Shown here piece after piece: positions 23,933 through 37,469 of a stretch of DNA of 64,000 bases (its first letter is position 1; every line of letters starts with the position of its first letter). The translations under genes and the position numbers were made by a program. Source of the stretch: Camelus ferus. Taxonomy: Eukaryota. The notes under the pieces were generated by a model. The model did not search any database. It saw only the letters and a program-made list of their open reading frames with translations, and was not told where the DNA came from. Location of the stretch: positions 77,006,001 through 77,070,000 of the forward strand of contig NC_045696.1 of the NCBI RefSeq assembly GCF_009834535.1, given 5' to 3'.

Positions 23933-25911
23933 TTTCAATGCATGATGTATTGTTAACATTTACCAAATAAAATTAGATGAAAAATGGAAAAAAATTAACT
24001 CTAAATAACAGAGTTGGAAAGGATGAGAAAGGAAGAATTATGTTATCCTGTGTTCAAATTCCATATCCATTGTTTGGTTGAATTTTCAAAGGAGTATAAT
24101 GACCCATAAAGCAACTGCTTCTCTAGCTAATAAAAATTTAAACAGCCAAAGCCATGGGGTCTCCATGTCTCCAATGCATTTATTTAGGAATGACTTCATA
24201 TATGAATGACAGTGACTATTTGAAATTCATAGGACTGTTATCTGTCCATCTGATCTACCAGGGCTGTAGTTTCTACCTATTGCAACTGATTTTTTTCCCC
24301 TATAGGACAAAACATCGTAAGTCTAGCTTATTACATGGATTGTGCCAGATACTTATCCTTTTGAAAGAAAAAACAAGTACATCTCAAGCCCTCCATGAGT
24401 CTCGATCTTTAAAAGTTTTTATAGCTTCATGGCTTAGCACAATAAAACATTGACGAAAAGGTTTTCTACTGGCTAACATATCTGATTGTTGGAAATAGAT
24501 TGATGTTTTAAAAATAAATTAAGAAATCTTTCCTGTGCCTTAGCACCCCACATCTCAAAATTTGAGGGAACTTTAAAGATCCTTCAGTCCACTTTCTCAT
24601 CAGTGCAAAGAGGTTAGTTGGTTTCTGCCTTAATTCCCTGAAGTGGGTAACCCAATACCCTGTGGGCAGCCAATCCATTTATTAGAAAACTCTGGCTGTT
24701 AAAAAGGGCTTGATATATTGAGCTTGGATCTATCTCTTTGCAAACTATGACCATTGGTCCCAGTTCTACCTTTAGAATATCTGTTTTGTAGAATAATGCT
24801 ACTCTTATAAAAACAACATTTTATATTTATATTCTAAAGAAAAGCATATACGCTTACAAAGTTTCTAAGGGGGTGTTTGTGCCTAAAGGTTATATTAAGT
24901 GGAAGCTTAAATGCTATGTTGATCTTTCATATAACTTTAGCTTTGACTATTCTGAACCCATTGGCCAAAATAGGTGTATATATGGATCTTTTCTTAGAAA
25001 ATTTTATTACAAAACCTCGATTTTTAGTGCTAACAGTAGCTTTACACATATACCATATAACCCATTACTCTTCTTTTACATAGAATGATACTGAAGTCCA
25101 GATAAGAACTGTTATGTTTCTTTAAAAAGTCAAGGACACTGCTGCCTGAAATTCAGATCTCTCATGTAACAGCTGAAGGAGACCACTAAAAAATAACTGG
25201 AGATTCAATAGATGTTAAAAGGTAGATATTAAAGAGTAAAGGAATGATCTATAAATGTCAAAGACAACCTACACAGACTTGAGATGCTGAACAAACAATA
25301 AATATAACATCACTATTTATTGAAGACAAACTAGTTACTGCCAGGTGCGGTGCTGCTTTAAAAATAGGTCCACTGTTAATAAATCCTGCCGTAAGAAATC
25401 TGAAAACATTCTATGGAGATAAAACCTAAGTAATTACCTAGTATTTGGTGCTATGTAGACCTAGCCAAAGATGAAAAATGACAGAGAAAATAACTTTTAA
25501 AGTTCACCATGGCTTGAAAATTTATAATAGTGCTAAAATGACTGAGCTGCTGAGTTAATTTTTTGACAAGAAAGAAAATCTAATGCTGGAAGTTAAAAAT
25601 AACTAATAAAAAAGCCTCTGTTAATAAAAAGGCTAAGAGACGTTTTAAAATGTAAATGACTCAGTTAATGACTCCAGATTACATGTGCCCATTGTCATTA
25701 AGGGAACTTACCTGCTGAATTTTTTATGGTTGAAAAACCAGGAAGAACCAGCAAAGATTCCAAAGGAGACTGGAGGGTATAAAATAAAATAAAACTCTTC
25801 TTTCGCTTTGGGAAGTGCTAAAGGAAGGTGACTCAAAATCTGTTTTCCTTGGTGAAGATGTTACTCCTTTTAAGATGCTTAAGGGATGGCTTTCCTGCTG
25901 CTGGTTGGATC

Positions 25912-26346
25912 TGTCGACTAAAGTAAATGCGCAGCCTAAAAGTTGAGAGTTGTTTTATTTGGCAGGAGGACTCCAGCCAGGATGACAGCCTCTCAGGTGG
26001 CTGAGGGACTGATCCGAAGAGGTAGGGGAGGAACTAGGATATATAGGAGCTTTACAGCAAAGACCAGGTAGTTGGAACAATAAAAGATCACTTGTTGTCT
26101 AAAGAAAACCAGGCATCTCAAGTTAAGGAATTTAGTGCTTTTCTATATATGGGAGGAAGTAAACATTTGGGCTGACTGAATTCATTCCTTTGACAAGCAC
26201 CTAGCTATCTAGGGCCAGTATCCTGTCCTTTCTTATTCTGAGTCCCCTCAGGGTGCACCATTGTGAGTGGCTGCAGAGGCTGGGCTGCAGGCCTGTCGTC
26301 AGCATTCTTTGTTTACTGATATGGTTCGCAGTATTTTTCATTCACA
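25912..26346 (-). mobile_element. Solo ERV1-like LTR (435 bp)
   Basis: On the minus strand it starts TGTGAATG and ends GTCGACA, with TATAT and AATAAA signals inside. A near-perfect 4-bp TSD (GATC/CATC) flanks it. Confidence 0.8.
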
Positions 26347-27403
26347 CATCCAATGGATCACTCAGTCCTTCAGTGACATTGTCCTTTGTTACTAGACTGT
26401 GAAGTATGTTGAGTCCATCAGCTCACACATGGTGATGTGCAACAATACAAACTCAAACCTATTAACATAGAAACTCACAGCAGACTTTTACGAAACAATT
26501 CTTTGTTTTGATTATTTATGTCATTATTGTAGGGTACAACAACCACTACATTATAACTCCTTGGGGGTTGAACCCACGTTTTATTTGTCTTTGTTTTCCT
26601 ACTAAAGCATCAGTCTGAGGTCATGTTTATTTTTATTCTCCTTTTCTAGAAGCATTCGAAGAAGCCTTAGCCAGGCAGTTCAATATTTATTGAACAAAAC
26701 TAAAAGGAATCAAAATGAGCAAAATACTTGTATAAGGCACATAAACAACCCCACCCCACATGGCACATAAACAACATTCCTCCCTTAGGGAGTGTAATAT
26801 TTTAACTATGAAGAGGTAACCAACTGCAAGACTGCTTCTCAGTTATACTAGTGGGTATAAAAATACCATGGGATTTCATTTCATCAATGCAGTGGACAAA
26901 GAAGAATTATTGTTTCTTTTACTCTGTGGCTCTGGTGAGTCCTCAGGAAGTGTAGTTGAAAAATCAATTTTCCAGGCTGAAGTCTTTGCTGGTCACAGTT
27001 CAGGGATTACAGAAATCCAATTTGAGGAAAATATTGGTCCACCTGAAGGCACCCTTACAGCGTATCTCTTTGAAGTGCTAAGATGGCTTCCCTTCGGGGT
27101 GAATATACAAGCCAGGGTTTTCTACTGTCAATATAGAACTTTCCCCTTGCTCCTTATATTATAAGTGATCAAACCTATGGATTTTTTCCTTCATTCAGAA
27201 ACAAAGGGCATCTGTGCTTCACCAGAGGGTTAAAATCTGTCCCAATTGCCATCCAGGGTCAGCTAAGACTTGCTGCTAAGACCTGCAAGGTTCTAACTGA
27301 AGAACCTTGGTCTAATGGACATATTCTCTGTCCCTTGTCTAGAAAGACTAATTTTCACCCTTGTAGTATAATTTAAAGGAAAGAATTGTTTCTAGACAGT
27401 TCC

Positions 27404-27518
27404 TTTTAAAAATTAAAAAAAAAATTTTTTTTAATCATTTTTAGGGAGGTATTGGGGATTCAACCCAGGACCTTGTGCATGCTAAGCATGCTCTCTACCA
27501 GTGAGCCATACCCTCCCC
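27404..27518 (-). mobile_element. tRNA-derived SINE (Vic-1-like)
   Basis: Same head and B box (GGGTTGAATCCCCAATACCTCC) as the other copies. Confidence 0.88.
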
Positions 27519-29154
27519 AACCCTTATAGTTATAATTTAAAATGTAGCCTACTTGATCATAAATAAGTCTTAGTAAGACCAAAAATTCTGTAAGGGAGTC
27601 AAAGGTAAGATGGACTTACTATCTTTGGTTATTCTAAGCATCAAAATCTTTAATAGTTAGGCAGGGTACATTTCATAGAGGATTCTGTAGATAACCATGC
27701 CTGGAGTGAACCAGTTGATCTCAACAGAACCCACATTCTGAATGCAAATTATTTGTAGTTTACTCTTTATATAAACTGTGTTGTCCTTGCTAAGTATCTA
27801 GAAATTGTCCAATTTTCCTCCTGGATAAACAGAGCTTCTATAGGTAGCATATTCAGGCTTGCTTTATCAAGACTATATTGCCAGCACCTAGCACAGTTGC
27901 AGAAGTTGTTCAATAATTGTTGGTTGAATAAGAAAAGAAATATATCGTATTGTTAGTGCTGTAAACACTTATCATATAATCAGTGCAAGACTCTTATTTT
28001 CTTTGCATATTCTATTTCCCTAAGGAGCAATTGGTTCACAGTCCTATCATGGGATACTTGAATCTGATGCAAGAATATTAGGAACAAGTGTGTAGGCAAG
28101 ACAATGGCATCTTAGCATAGGTTTTTCTCTCTAGGTTTGTTGAACTGATCTGGGTGTACAGTATAGCACCGTGAAGAACAATACAGCATTTTTTTCCTCT
28201 TAATTCAGAATCCCTTCCCCTCAGGTGAAGTGTAAAAGTTATTAGCCACAAATGATCAGGAAAGTACTGCAGATGCTTTTCTTTTTGTGCATTAAGACTG
28301 TGTTGCCCTTTCTTGCCTGAACTGTGTTGCCACTGTTTTGAGGTTTGGAACAAACTGAACACTTCCTAGTTTTACTCACCTTGTATCAATTGCTGTGACT
28401 TCTTTTCTTCTTATGCTCAAAATGCTTGACTCAGTCCTTAAAGAATTTGATGTTTCCATTACAGCATTCGCAATTTGAAGCTCTTTTCCTTTTGGTATGG
28501 GAGGAATTTGGGTAAAGTAGGAATTGCTCTGTAGTAACAACAAGATGATGCCTCTGGGCTCTGTTCACATGGCTGCGTAAGGAAACATTTTATAATTGGC
28601 CACAGTTTCAGGAAGGAACACGAGTATCTTCTGGGCTAAGTACTCTCTAGGCTTTCTCCCATCGCTCAAATGCTGACTGAACCTTTGCCTTCCGTTTCTC
28701 ATCTTTAGAGAAGAAAAGGAGTGCTGTTCTCGGGACTGTGGCTTAAACAGATTTATGGCAGATTGTTTAACTCTTTTGTACCCCCATATCCAGTTTGCAC
28801 GTGTGTATTCTTGCACATGTGTGCATGTGAGAAGTAGGCACACTGCTTATAATCTAAAGTGACTAACAGGATGAACTCAATAATCATAACTGAAGTCCAC
28901 TTTAAGATTGGACATCATCTTAGTGATGGTCCTCCATTCCTCAGTGTTCCATGAGATGTATTAGTCAAGAATAGTGGCAGTCACACTAAGATTTTTGCAG
29001 AAGGGCACCATCTGGAACTTTGCCTTCTGTAGATTGTATCTACTACTGCCCTCACTTCCTTTGGTTTCTCACTGGTATGGATTTGCCTTCTCTGCTCTTG
29101 CCTCTGCTCCCCTCTGCTGGAAAAGCCTTAAAGCCCAGTTCTGACCCTGCCAGG

Positions 29155-29241
29155 GTTGTTGTTGTTGTTGGTGGTGGTGGTGGTGGTGGTGGTGGTGGTG
29201 GTGTTGTGTGTGTGTGTGTGTGTGTGTGCACACGCGCATGT
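29155..29241 (+). repeat. Compound microsatellite (GTT)5(GGT)11(GT)n
   Basis: Read directly from the sequence. Confidence 0.97.
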
Positions 29242-30529
29242 GTTTGGGGAGGAGGTGCAGCTTTGCTCACAGAAACTGTGAATTATACTCCAGAGCCAGG
29301 AAATACTTCTGGAAGCTCAGTTGCCTCTGGTTATACAGAAATCACCTGGGATCTTTGTAGCCCCTCACATAGGGAGATGCCCATTCTCCTTAGCTTTAGA
29401 AATCTCTCCTGACTTGGGCATCTTCTAGTTTCTTAAAAGGAGGTTGGGGCATTTCTTCCCCAATGAGGTATCTGTATTCCTCCGTCTGACAAGGCACACC
29501 AGTTTATTTTCATGGATCACTAAATGTTTGGTGACAAGTACTGATATTTCTCTGGTTTCAGGTAAAGCTGTGATCATAGAAACCCACACAGCCTGTATGT
29601 CTTCACCCTACTTTCAACTCTCTGAAATAATTTTTTCTCCAGTCCAGGCTACCCTGGAGGACACACAGCTGGTTATTAATGGAATAAGAACTAGAGCCCA
29701 GCCCTCTGTCAGTCCACAGCTCTTTCCACAGCAAATAGGCTTGGCTTTGGGCAACAAAATTTATTTAGTATCTAGATATAAATTATACTTTCAGGATATG
29801 TGAGTCATAAAAGAGGTAAATGACAGAAAGCATCTGGTTTATTATTTTTCTTTATTGTTTAGTTTCACTGAGGATTTTCAATTTTTGAAAGGGAGAGGCA
29901 TCATAGAGAATCCATAATGAAGAGATAATTTTGTTTTGTGTTTTGATTGAGCTGAAATATTCATCTACCTTGATTTTAAGCTGAAAAGCTCCTAGAGTGA
30001 TCAGCAGCTGTTCATTCAAGAGTGTACTACCTCTCCGAATACAGAACAAAATATATTTGTCTTTGAAATTTCACGAAGGTAACAGGGGAAACGATGGCTT
30101 CTTTTTGATGAAACAAACACATCCTGGCATGAGAAATCTGATCATTATAGCCTGCTGAGTTGTCTTAATAATCAGTGTGCCCTGTTTTATAAATGATATG
30201 GCTCCTGAAATCCATTTTGTAAATTGTTCTCAATTCACCTTCTGACCAATTTTATCATAATGCTTTGTAAATACTGGTATTGACCATAAACTTTCTTTAA
30301 AAATAGAGAAAAATCTAGTATGATATATATAATGTAACAAAGGGCATGTATAACTGGCTTCTTTTCTTCTCATGTCTAGGCTAGTAAAATAATATTTGCT
30401 AAAATAAAAAATTAATTTAGCTTAAATACCTGATGAGTAGATCAAGAATTATTTAAAACTGTATTATCCTTTAAAAAATGAGTACAGTCTTCATAAAAAT
30501 CACCAATTTCTAACCACTGAATAGTAGAG

Positions 30530-30752
30530 ACAAGAGTTGCCAAACTATAGTCAGTGGGCCAAATCTGGCCCAATGCTTATTTTTGTAAATAAAGTTTTAT
30601 TGGAATGCAGCTACGTTCATTGGTCTGTGTAATGTCTAGGGCTGTTATCATGCTACAGTGGCAGAGTTGAACAGTGGCAAACAGACTGCATGGAGCACAA
30701 ACTCAACATATTTATTATCTGACCCTTTACAAGAAAAGCTTGTTGATCTCTG
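30530..30752 (-). mobile_element. MER58A-like hAT-Charlie relic
   Basis: GCCAAACTATAG..GTGGGCCAAATCTGGCCC...TTTTGTAAATAAAGTTTTATTGGAA...CTGACCCTTTACAAGAAAAG. Confidence 0.85.
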
Positions 30753-31961
30753 GTAAAGAACAGTGACTTTAGTAAAGAATTGTGATTTCACTGACATTAA
30801 TATTATTCTACTTGTCATTCTTTTAACCATCATTATCTTTTATTTAAACTGTGAAATTTACTTCCTAAATTGAAGTGACTTCATTAACCATTCCCAGCTA
30901 TAAATATGCTCATTAACTGCTCTGTATATTCTTTTGAACAAAAATATATATCTATATAATAACAATAAAGCATGTACTATGCTTTTTCTTTATTGATCAA
31001 GTAAGAACATGCATATTTAAGGACTGATTTTCCTAGATTTTGAACAAAATCTTTTAACTGATTGAAAATATACCTTGTTGATACTCTTTGTGTCTCTGGA
31101 GGTCCAGTGAGGTTAGTGATTGGCCTAAAGTCACACAGATGGCAAGACCAAAACAAGTACATTGTCTTCCTGGTTCATTTATGGGTTGAGTCACCAGGCA
31201 ACTGTGATTTCCTTCACTTTGTGCCCTGTAGAGACCAACATAGTATCTTCCCTTATGGCTCTGAGGATGCTGTATGAAATCCAGCTCAGAAATCTGGGCA
31301 TGTTTATTTAGAATGTTACTGCAGGGTTTTGGAACAGGTTCAGTTTTCACTCTGTGGCACCCTCTGCTATACCAGCAGGGCTCAGTGGGCACTCTTGAAA
31401 CTATTGTTTGCCAAAGATGTTTACATTAGTGATTGGATATTTATGGTACACATTAAATATCTACTCACATTTTCTTTGCCAATAAATTTAGAGTGTAACC
31501 AATGTATTGGGTTGGCAGGTGTTACATTTCTCAGAGAGCATTTAAATATGTGTGGAAATAAAATAACAGATAGCAATGTTTGTCAACTTGAGTGTGATTT
31601 CCTATGACTAATATTTATTAATTAATGAGGACTAAAAAAAGTTAAGATTCTGTATATTTATGCAGTGGTTGTCTGTAAACAGGAAATACAGTTTAAAATT
31701 TGGGAACAAGTTTAAAGTTTAAAAACCTAAACTTTACATCTCAGTTATTAAGTGTCATATTTTGAGATGTGGGTTTCATATTTTAGCACCCTAAAAATCA
31801 TTCTATGCATTTGATGTTTATTAAAAGCAGTAGTGCTTTTTAACAAGAATGTATGTGAGAAATGAGGAGAAACATTGATTTAAGTATGGTTTTGAATATC
31901 CAATACATGTACCTTGGCGATCTAGGACAACTGAAGATGAAAATAAAGTAGGAAAAAGCAG

Positions 31962-32330
31962 TGCCATAGACTGAATGTTTGAGTCTTCCCAAAATTCTTA
32001 TGTTGGAACCTAATCTCCAATGTGATGGTATTTGGAGGTGGGGCCTTTGGGAGGTGATTTAGTTATGTGGGTGGAGCCCTCATCAATGGAATTAGTACCC
32101 TTATAAAAGAGACCACAGAGAGAACCCCTGCCCCTTCTGCTATGTAAGGACACAGGGAAAAGACAGTCTGTTCATGAAACAGGAAGCAGACCCTCCCCAG
32201 ACACCAAATCTGCAGGAGCCTTGATCTTGGACTTCCCAGCCTTCAGAATGTTAGAAATAATTTTTTGTTGTTGTTTATAAGCCACCCAGCCTATGGTAAT
32301 TTATTATAGCAGCCTGAACTGACCAGAAGC
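31962..32330 (+). mobile_element. MLT1A-like MaLR solo LTR
   Basis: TGCCATAGACTGAATGTTTG...GGAGGTGGGGCCTTTGGGAGGTGATT...CTTGATCTTGGACTTCCCAGCC...ATAGCAGCCTGAACTGAC. A 5-bp AGCAG lies on both sides. Confidence 0.9.
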
Positions 32331-32479
32331 AGCAGGAAAAATGCTTAGGTGGGAAAAACATGAATAAAAGCTGATGACAATGATATCAACTCTAAGCTTT
32401 GTCCTCTAATGTACTGAATCTTCAATACTCTATGTGTAATTTACCCTTACAGAGCATCTTCTTCTAGTATGAACTTTGT

Positions 32480-33240
32480 CTTTTACCTTTGGTTTTCGTC
32501 TTTTGTTGAGTAGAAGTTTTAAATGTAATGAAGCTAAATTTATCAGTAGTTTCTCTTATGGGAAAAGTTTTTGCATCTTGTTTACCAAATACTTTTTCGT
32601 CTCAGGCATATTTTCTATTAAATTTTAAAGTTTTGCTTTTACTATGTTTTCATCTTTAATTCACCTGGACTTGAAGTTCATGTACACTGTGAGGTAGGGA
32701 TCTGATGTATTATTTCCCAAGGGGAAACCATGTGTTTTTCATTATTTATTGAAAATTTCATCACTGATCTATTGGTTTTCTCCACTGATCTATCATATAT
32801 AAGATTTTCATGTCTTTTTCTGGATTCTTTCTAAGCTCTGTTTATTCCTTTCTACTTGTGTGAGTATCCAGTTATAACTAAAGTCTGACAATTAATTTTG
32901 AGATCTGTTAGGTCAACTCTCTCACTCTGTTCTTTGGTAGAGTCTTGACTAGTGCTGGTCATTAGTTGTCCATGTAAACTTTTGAATCAGCCTATCAAGT
33001 TCAATGGAAATATCTTACTAGCATTTTGATTGTTATTGGATTAAATTAATATTTACATTTTTGTACACTTGATATTTTAATAATTTAATAATATATTCGT
33101 GAATATGGTATATACTACTATTTTAGATCATTGATAATGTGTTTCAGTTATATTTTAAAGTTTCTCTCAGTAATTATCTTAGAAATGTTTTATTAGATTT
33201 AGTCTTAGCTACCTATAATTTTTGGTCATTACTATGAGCT
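32480..33240 (-). mobile_element. Ancient L1M ORF2 fragment
   Basis: Decayed ORF2 motifs such as TGTGAGGTAGGGATCT, CCATGTAAACTTTTGAATCAGCCTATCAAGTTC and TTATTAGATTTAGTCTTAG. Confidence 0.65.
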
Positions 33241-34589
33241 GCATATATTAACATTATATTTGATACAATTTTATCCTGTTAAGAAGTGGTTAGATGTGAA
33301 TACATAACTACTTTCTTTTCCTCTGAAAAACTTTCCCAAACAGTGAGACCAGAAGGAAAATGGTGCATTGTAAAGAATATAAAATGAAAATTTCTATATC
33401 CTTGATGGGAGGTTTAGATTTCAAAAAATGTTAGTGGTTAAAAAAAAAATTCCTCAGAGATGATTCAATTTTTTCTCCCATGATATGGATTGAGTTGGTA
33501 AAACAAAACAAAACAAAACAGCTCTACATAATTAAGTACTGATAGTTGTCTTCATTTATGGACATTTTGAACAGTCCTCACCTAGTAGATGCACAAGATA
33601 CAAGTAGACTAATACATAGAAACAAACTTATACACATGTTTTAAGGACCCGGTTATTATAAAGGTTCATGCCTTACTTTTCTTCTGCTGGAGAATCTTAC
33701 ATTGGAACTGCTTTTTAAGGAATGTGGAGGGGAGGCAAATGGAGATTGATTCCATCTTATGGAAGAAATATTGAAAACATAGTTGATGAAACATTTCTGA
33801 GAAATTCATCCTAATTAAAATAGAAGCAGAAGATAGAAAATTATGGCACAATTAGTTTAGACATGGATTCTAATATCTGTGTTAATAAACTTAATGGAAC
33901 AAGCAATATTTTAGAAACTATTAACCAGGTTCATGAGATTCTAATCTCTTCAAGGTTACGTGAAATTATTATTACTGTAGATCTGAGGCGATGGTCTCCT
34001 GTCACTGAGTTAATAAATCTAGCTTCTGGCTCTGACTTTCCCTCAGGTCATAATCTCCTCCTTAGATGATAATGTTGTCCATTTCTTACAAGAAATGTGG
34101 CTAACAGAAATTTGATCTTGGTATACTTTCATGGTATAACATTTATTTAGCAATACAAATATCATAACTAGCTTATCTGGTATCAAAACTTTGAAATTTT
34201 ATTAGTAAGATAGTAATTTGGGTAGGGGAAAGCAGGAAGGAAGAATACATTTAGTGAGAATGTTGGCTCAATGAGGAAGAAGCTTTGCGTGTTTTATTTA
34301 ATGATGTATCCCAGCCACTTAGGATAGTGCCCGGTGCATAATCAGTAATTATTTATTGTTTTTACCAGAAACCAGAATGGCATTCTTTACCTTGGATTCT
34401 AATTATAATAGCAATGATTCCATATATAGAGTCATAGAATATCAAGGCTACATACGACATGATGGGACAGGCTTGTAGAGGCAAGTATCTTTATTTTATG
34501 TTAAAGGAAAATGAAACCCACAGTACCTTGGTACAGATAGCTTAAAAATTAGTGACAGAACTAGTACTAGTATCACATTTTATTTAAGT

Positions 34590-35430
34590 GTTTGTTAACT
34601 GATAGACATTTGGGTTGTTTCTACTTTTTGACTATGATGAATGTTGCTGTGAACATTCATGTACAAGTTTTGTGTGGACATACGTTTTCAATTTTTTTTT
34701 TTTTTTTTTTTGGTATATACATAGGACTGGAATTTCTGATCATATGGTAACTCTACATTGAACGATTTCAGGAACTGCCAGACTCTTCTCCAAAAGTGGC
34801 TCTACAGTTTTATACTCCCACCGGCAATGTGTTTTGGTTCCAATTTCTCCCTATTCTTGCCACATTCTTCCCCAATGTTTTCAAGTCTTTTGATTAGTTT
34901 GCTGTTTGCCTTAATTGTTATCACCACCTCAGCAGCTGTGATGTTACACAGTGCTACTGATCGCTTTTGACAAACATGTCCAGGAAAAAGGCTGTTTTCA
35001 CTGGGTGAGCTATAGGTCAGGTCAAGTAACACCTTGCGAGTAGGCTCCTCAAGGAACTGTGAACTGGTAAATAATTACAATTTTCTGAGATGAGGCTTTG
35101 AAAGAGCTCTAGCCCCATTCTCACCCTTCCAGTGGTCATTAAGATTGCTGGCTTACACTATAATGTGGGTTGTTCATTTTTGAGGCTACCACAGAGCTAG
35201 GGAGAGGGCGATGAGAATAAGGAAAGTTAAAATGTCACAAAGCTCACTATTCTTACCAAGATTCAGCAGTTTTTCTTACATGAAGTTTCTCTATATTGTT
35301 ACAAGACTTTGGTTAATTTCCAGAGTTCTACGAATTTGATTTTGACAATTTTTTTGCTAGTGTTTTAGTTGTTTTTACTCTAAGAGAGTGGATTTTTAGA
35401 GGTCCTTACTTCACCATTCTCACAGACATC
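34590..35430 (-). mobile_element. Ancient L1M composite: 5'-end-like segment (about 35430-34867) joined to distal ORF2/3' segment (about 34866-34590)
   Basis: The left part has GACATTTGGGTTGTTTCTAC, GGAACTGCCAGACT and CCCACCGGCAATGTG. The right part resembles recalled L1M4/L1MB 5' ends (reverse AATGGTGAAGTAAGGACCTCT...AGAACTCTGGAAATTAACCAAAG). Confidence 0.6.
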
Positions 35431-36309
35431 ATCCCCTAACTTGTTTTCTAACTACGAAAAAGTTAAGTCTGACATTCAGAGAAATAGAGAAAAGACAGAA
35501 GGAGATTAAAGAAGAAGAGCTTGTTTGGGAAATCTGAAAGAAGGAATACGTGCATATTTTGTTTACAGAGGAGACCGAGTACACATTCTTTTATGGATCT
35601 ATGCCTGAAGCAATGCTAAAAATTACAAATGGTGTATTTTACGAAACTTTAGCAGATTCATACTCACACGCAAATCTTCCTATAACGTCTGTGTTGAGTC
35701 TGAGAAAAGCAAATGCAGCCAATCTTTTTCTTTCTCCTTTTTTCACAGTTTTGTTTTTAAGGAAGAATAAACCATCCAAATAAAAATATTGGTCAAGTTT
35801 AAACTGATCTTTATATATTAAAATCTAAGCAAACGAAACAAAGTTCAAAGCTATGGCTTAAGGACAATTATTTTAGGGGAAGAGAATACCTTTCTTTAAA
35901 GGCTAAACTTTACCAGAATTCATAATTCCACCTTCTTTCTGTATTTGGACTAAAACAGTGTAGACCTCCCAATGGTGACAATTTAGAACTTAAATTCCAT
36001 CTTAGAGCTAAGCTTACCACCATCTTAGAAAGTGATCTAATAAATTAATTCCTACTGGGTTTTTAATTACCAATAATTGTCTGATACAAAGCCATTGAAG
36101 GCATAACCCTTATGTCAGTACACTCTCCGTGAATCATACAGGAAATTAATTTCAAGGAATATTGCCCTTGATAACATATCTTACTCTCTCCCTCCTTGTC
36201 CTCCCAGGAGTATTTGAAATATGGAACAAGTACTGTTGATTCTTGTTAGCATTTTTATCACAAGGCTATCAGAGAAAAACAATAGGACATAGGGCAGCAA
36301 AAATAGCAA

Positions 36310-36520
36310 AGTTAATGGAAAAAGATGGCTTTGAACTTACATAATTCAGACCTTGTTAGGTCTTAACAGCTGTGTGACTTTTAGGACATTTCTTAACTTC
36401 TCTGAACATGTTTCTTTGCTTTTGAATTGGAGATAACAATATCTATTTCCTATAGTTCTAGGAGGGGAGACTAAATGGCATATCTGTACAAAGTACTAGC
36501 ATAGTAGCAACTAAAAAAAG
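36310..36520 (+). mobile_element. MIR relic
   Basis: CTTAACAGCTGTGTGACTTT..GACATTTCTTAACTTCTCTGAAC..GTTTC...TGGAGATAACAATATCTA. Confidence 0.7.
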
Positions 36521-36908
36521 AGCAGTTGTTATTGGGCAGTGGTAGCGAGGGTGGCTGTGGTCACGATCGTGATCCCCATTCAGTCGCAAACGGAGGCTGA
36601 AATTCCACATGGTCCAAATGGCAGTAGAAATGTCCTTCACCCCAGCTGCAGAGTTAAGGAATCAGGCTGTTCTGGGGATTCTTCTGTCACAAGGCGTGTG
36701 ACTGTGTGGATGTGTATTTGCCCATGCCGGTGCTCTTTGGCAGTCTCCAAAAATGCAAGAGGGGGGAGCTCCCCTTCTTCCAGCAGTCTTCAGTTAATCC
36801 TAGAGCATCTTGAATTGAGTTCTTGAAAACCTGAATCACATAAAAGTCCGCCATCATTCCTCACCTCGTCTCCATTAAGGGGCAGATGAAAGAGGCCATG
36901 ATTGTGCT

Positions 36909-36961
36909 TGCGTGCACGCGCGCACACACACACACACGCACACACAGACACACACACACAC
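36909..36961 (+). repeat. Interrupted (CA)n / alternating purine-pyrimidine tract
   Basis: TGCGTGCACGCGCGCACACACAC... read directly. Confidence 0.92.
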
Positions 36962-37469
36962 CCTTCTTTCTTCTCTTTATACAAGCCATTATTTTTATAC
37001 ATCAAGGTAGGGAAAGAAGCTGGTCTCTCCAGAAGCAGAGTCAGTTCCCATTTCCCTCAGTGTTCCCCTCCCCCATGCCATCATCACGATAGTTAGGAGA
37101 GCACCACATATCCTGATGGTGATAAGTTGCGGGTCCCTCTGCCAATACTATAATTTTAATGTGACATAATTAGAATTCTGTAATAGAATGGTATTTACAG
37201 TCTGGCAAATAAGTTCTACAGCCTTAAAGATTTTCTTCCTCATTGGAGCTCCTTCACGCTCATAATTATCTTTCGTTAGGGGGATTTTCCCATGTTTCTC
37301 TGTCATGCATGTGACATTTGGCCTTTTCTTTGGTTGAGGAAGAGGGTCTAGTATTCCTAGGGTTTGAAATCTGAACCAAAGATACGGGGGTGAAGATGTA
37401 AAGGGAGCTATGGATTAAAGAGAGAATTGTTAGTAGAAGATAGGGCAGAAACCAAACTGGGAGTGGCAC

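Noticed and set aside
26868..27164. 98-aa ATG-initiated ORF
   Set aside because: No recognisable homology, splice context or coding bias, and the length is within chance expectation.
28690..28862. Acceptor-like TTTCTCATCTTTAG followed by a 50-codon open frame
   Set aside because: No convincing donor and no recognisable protein.
29020..29412. 130-aa ORF with poly-Val/poly-Gly
   Set aside because: The frame is kept open by the microsatellite.
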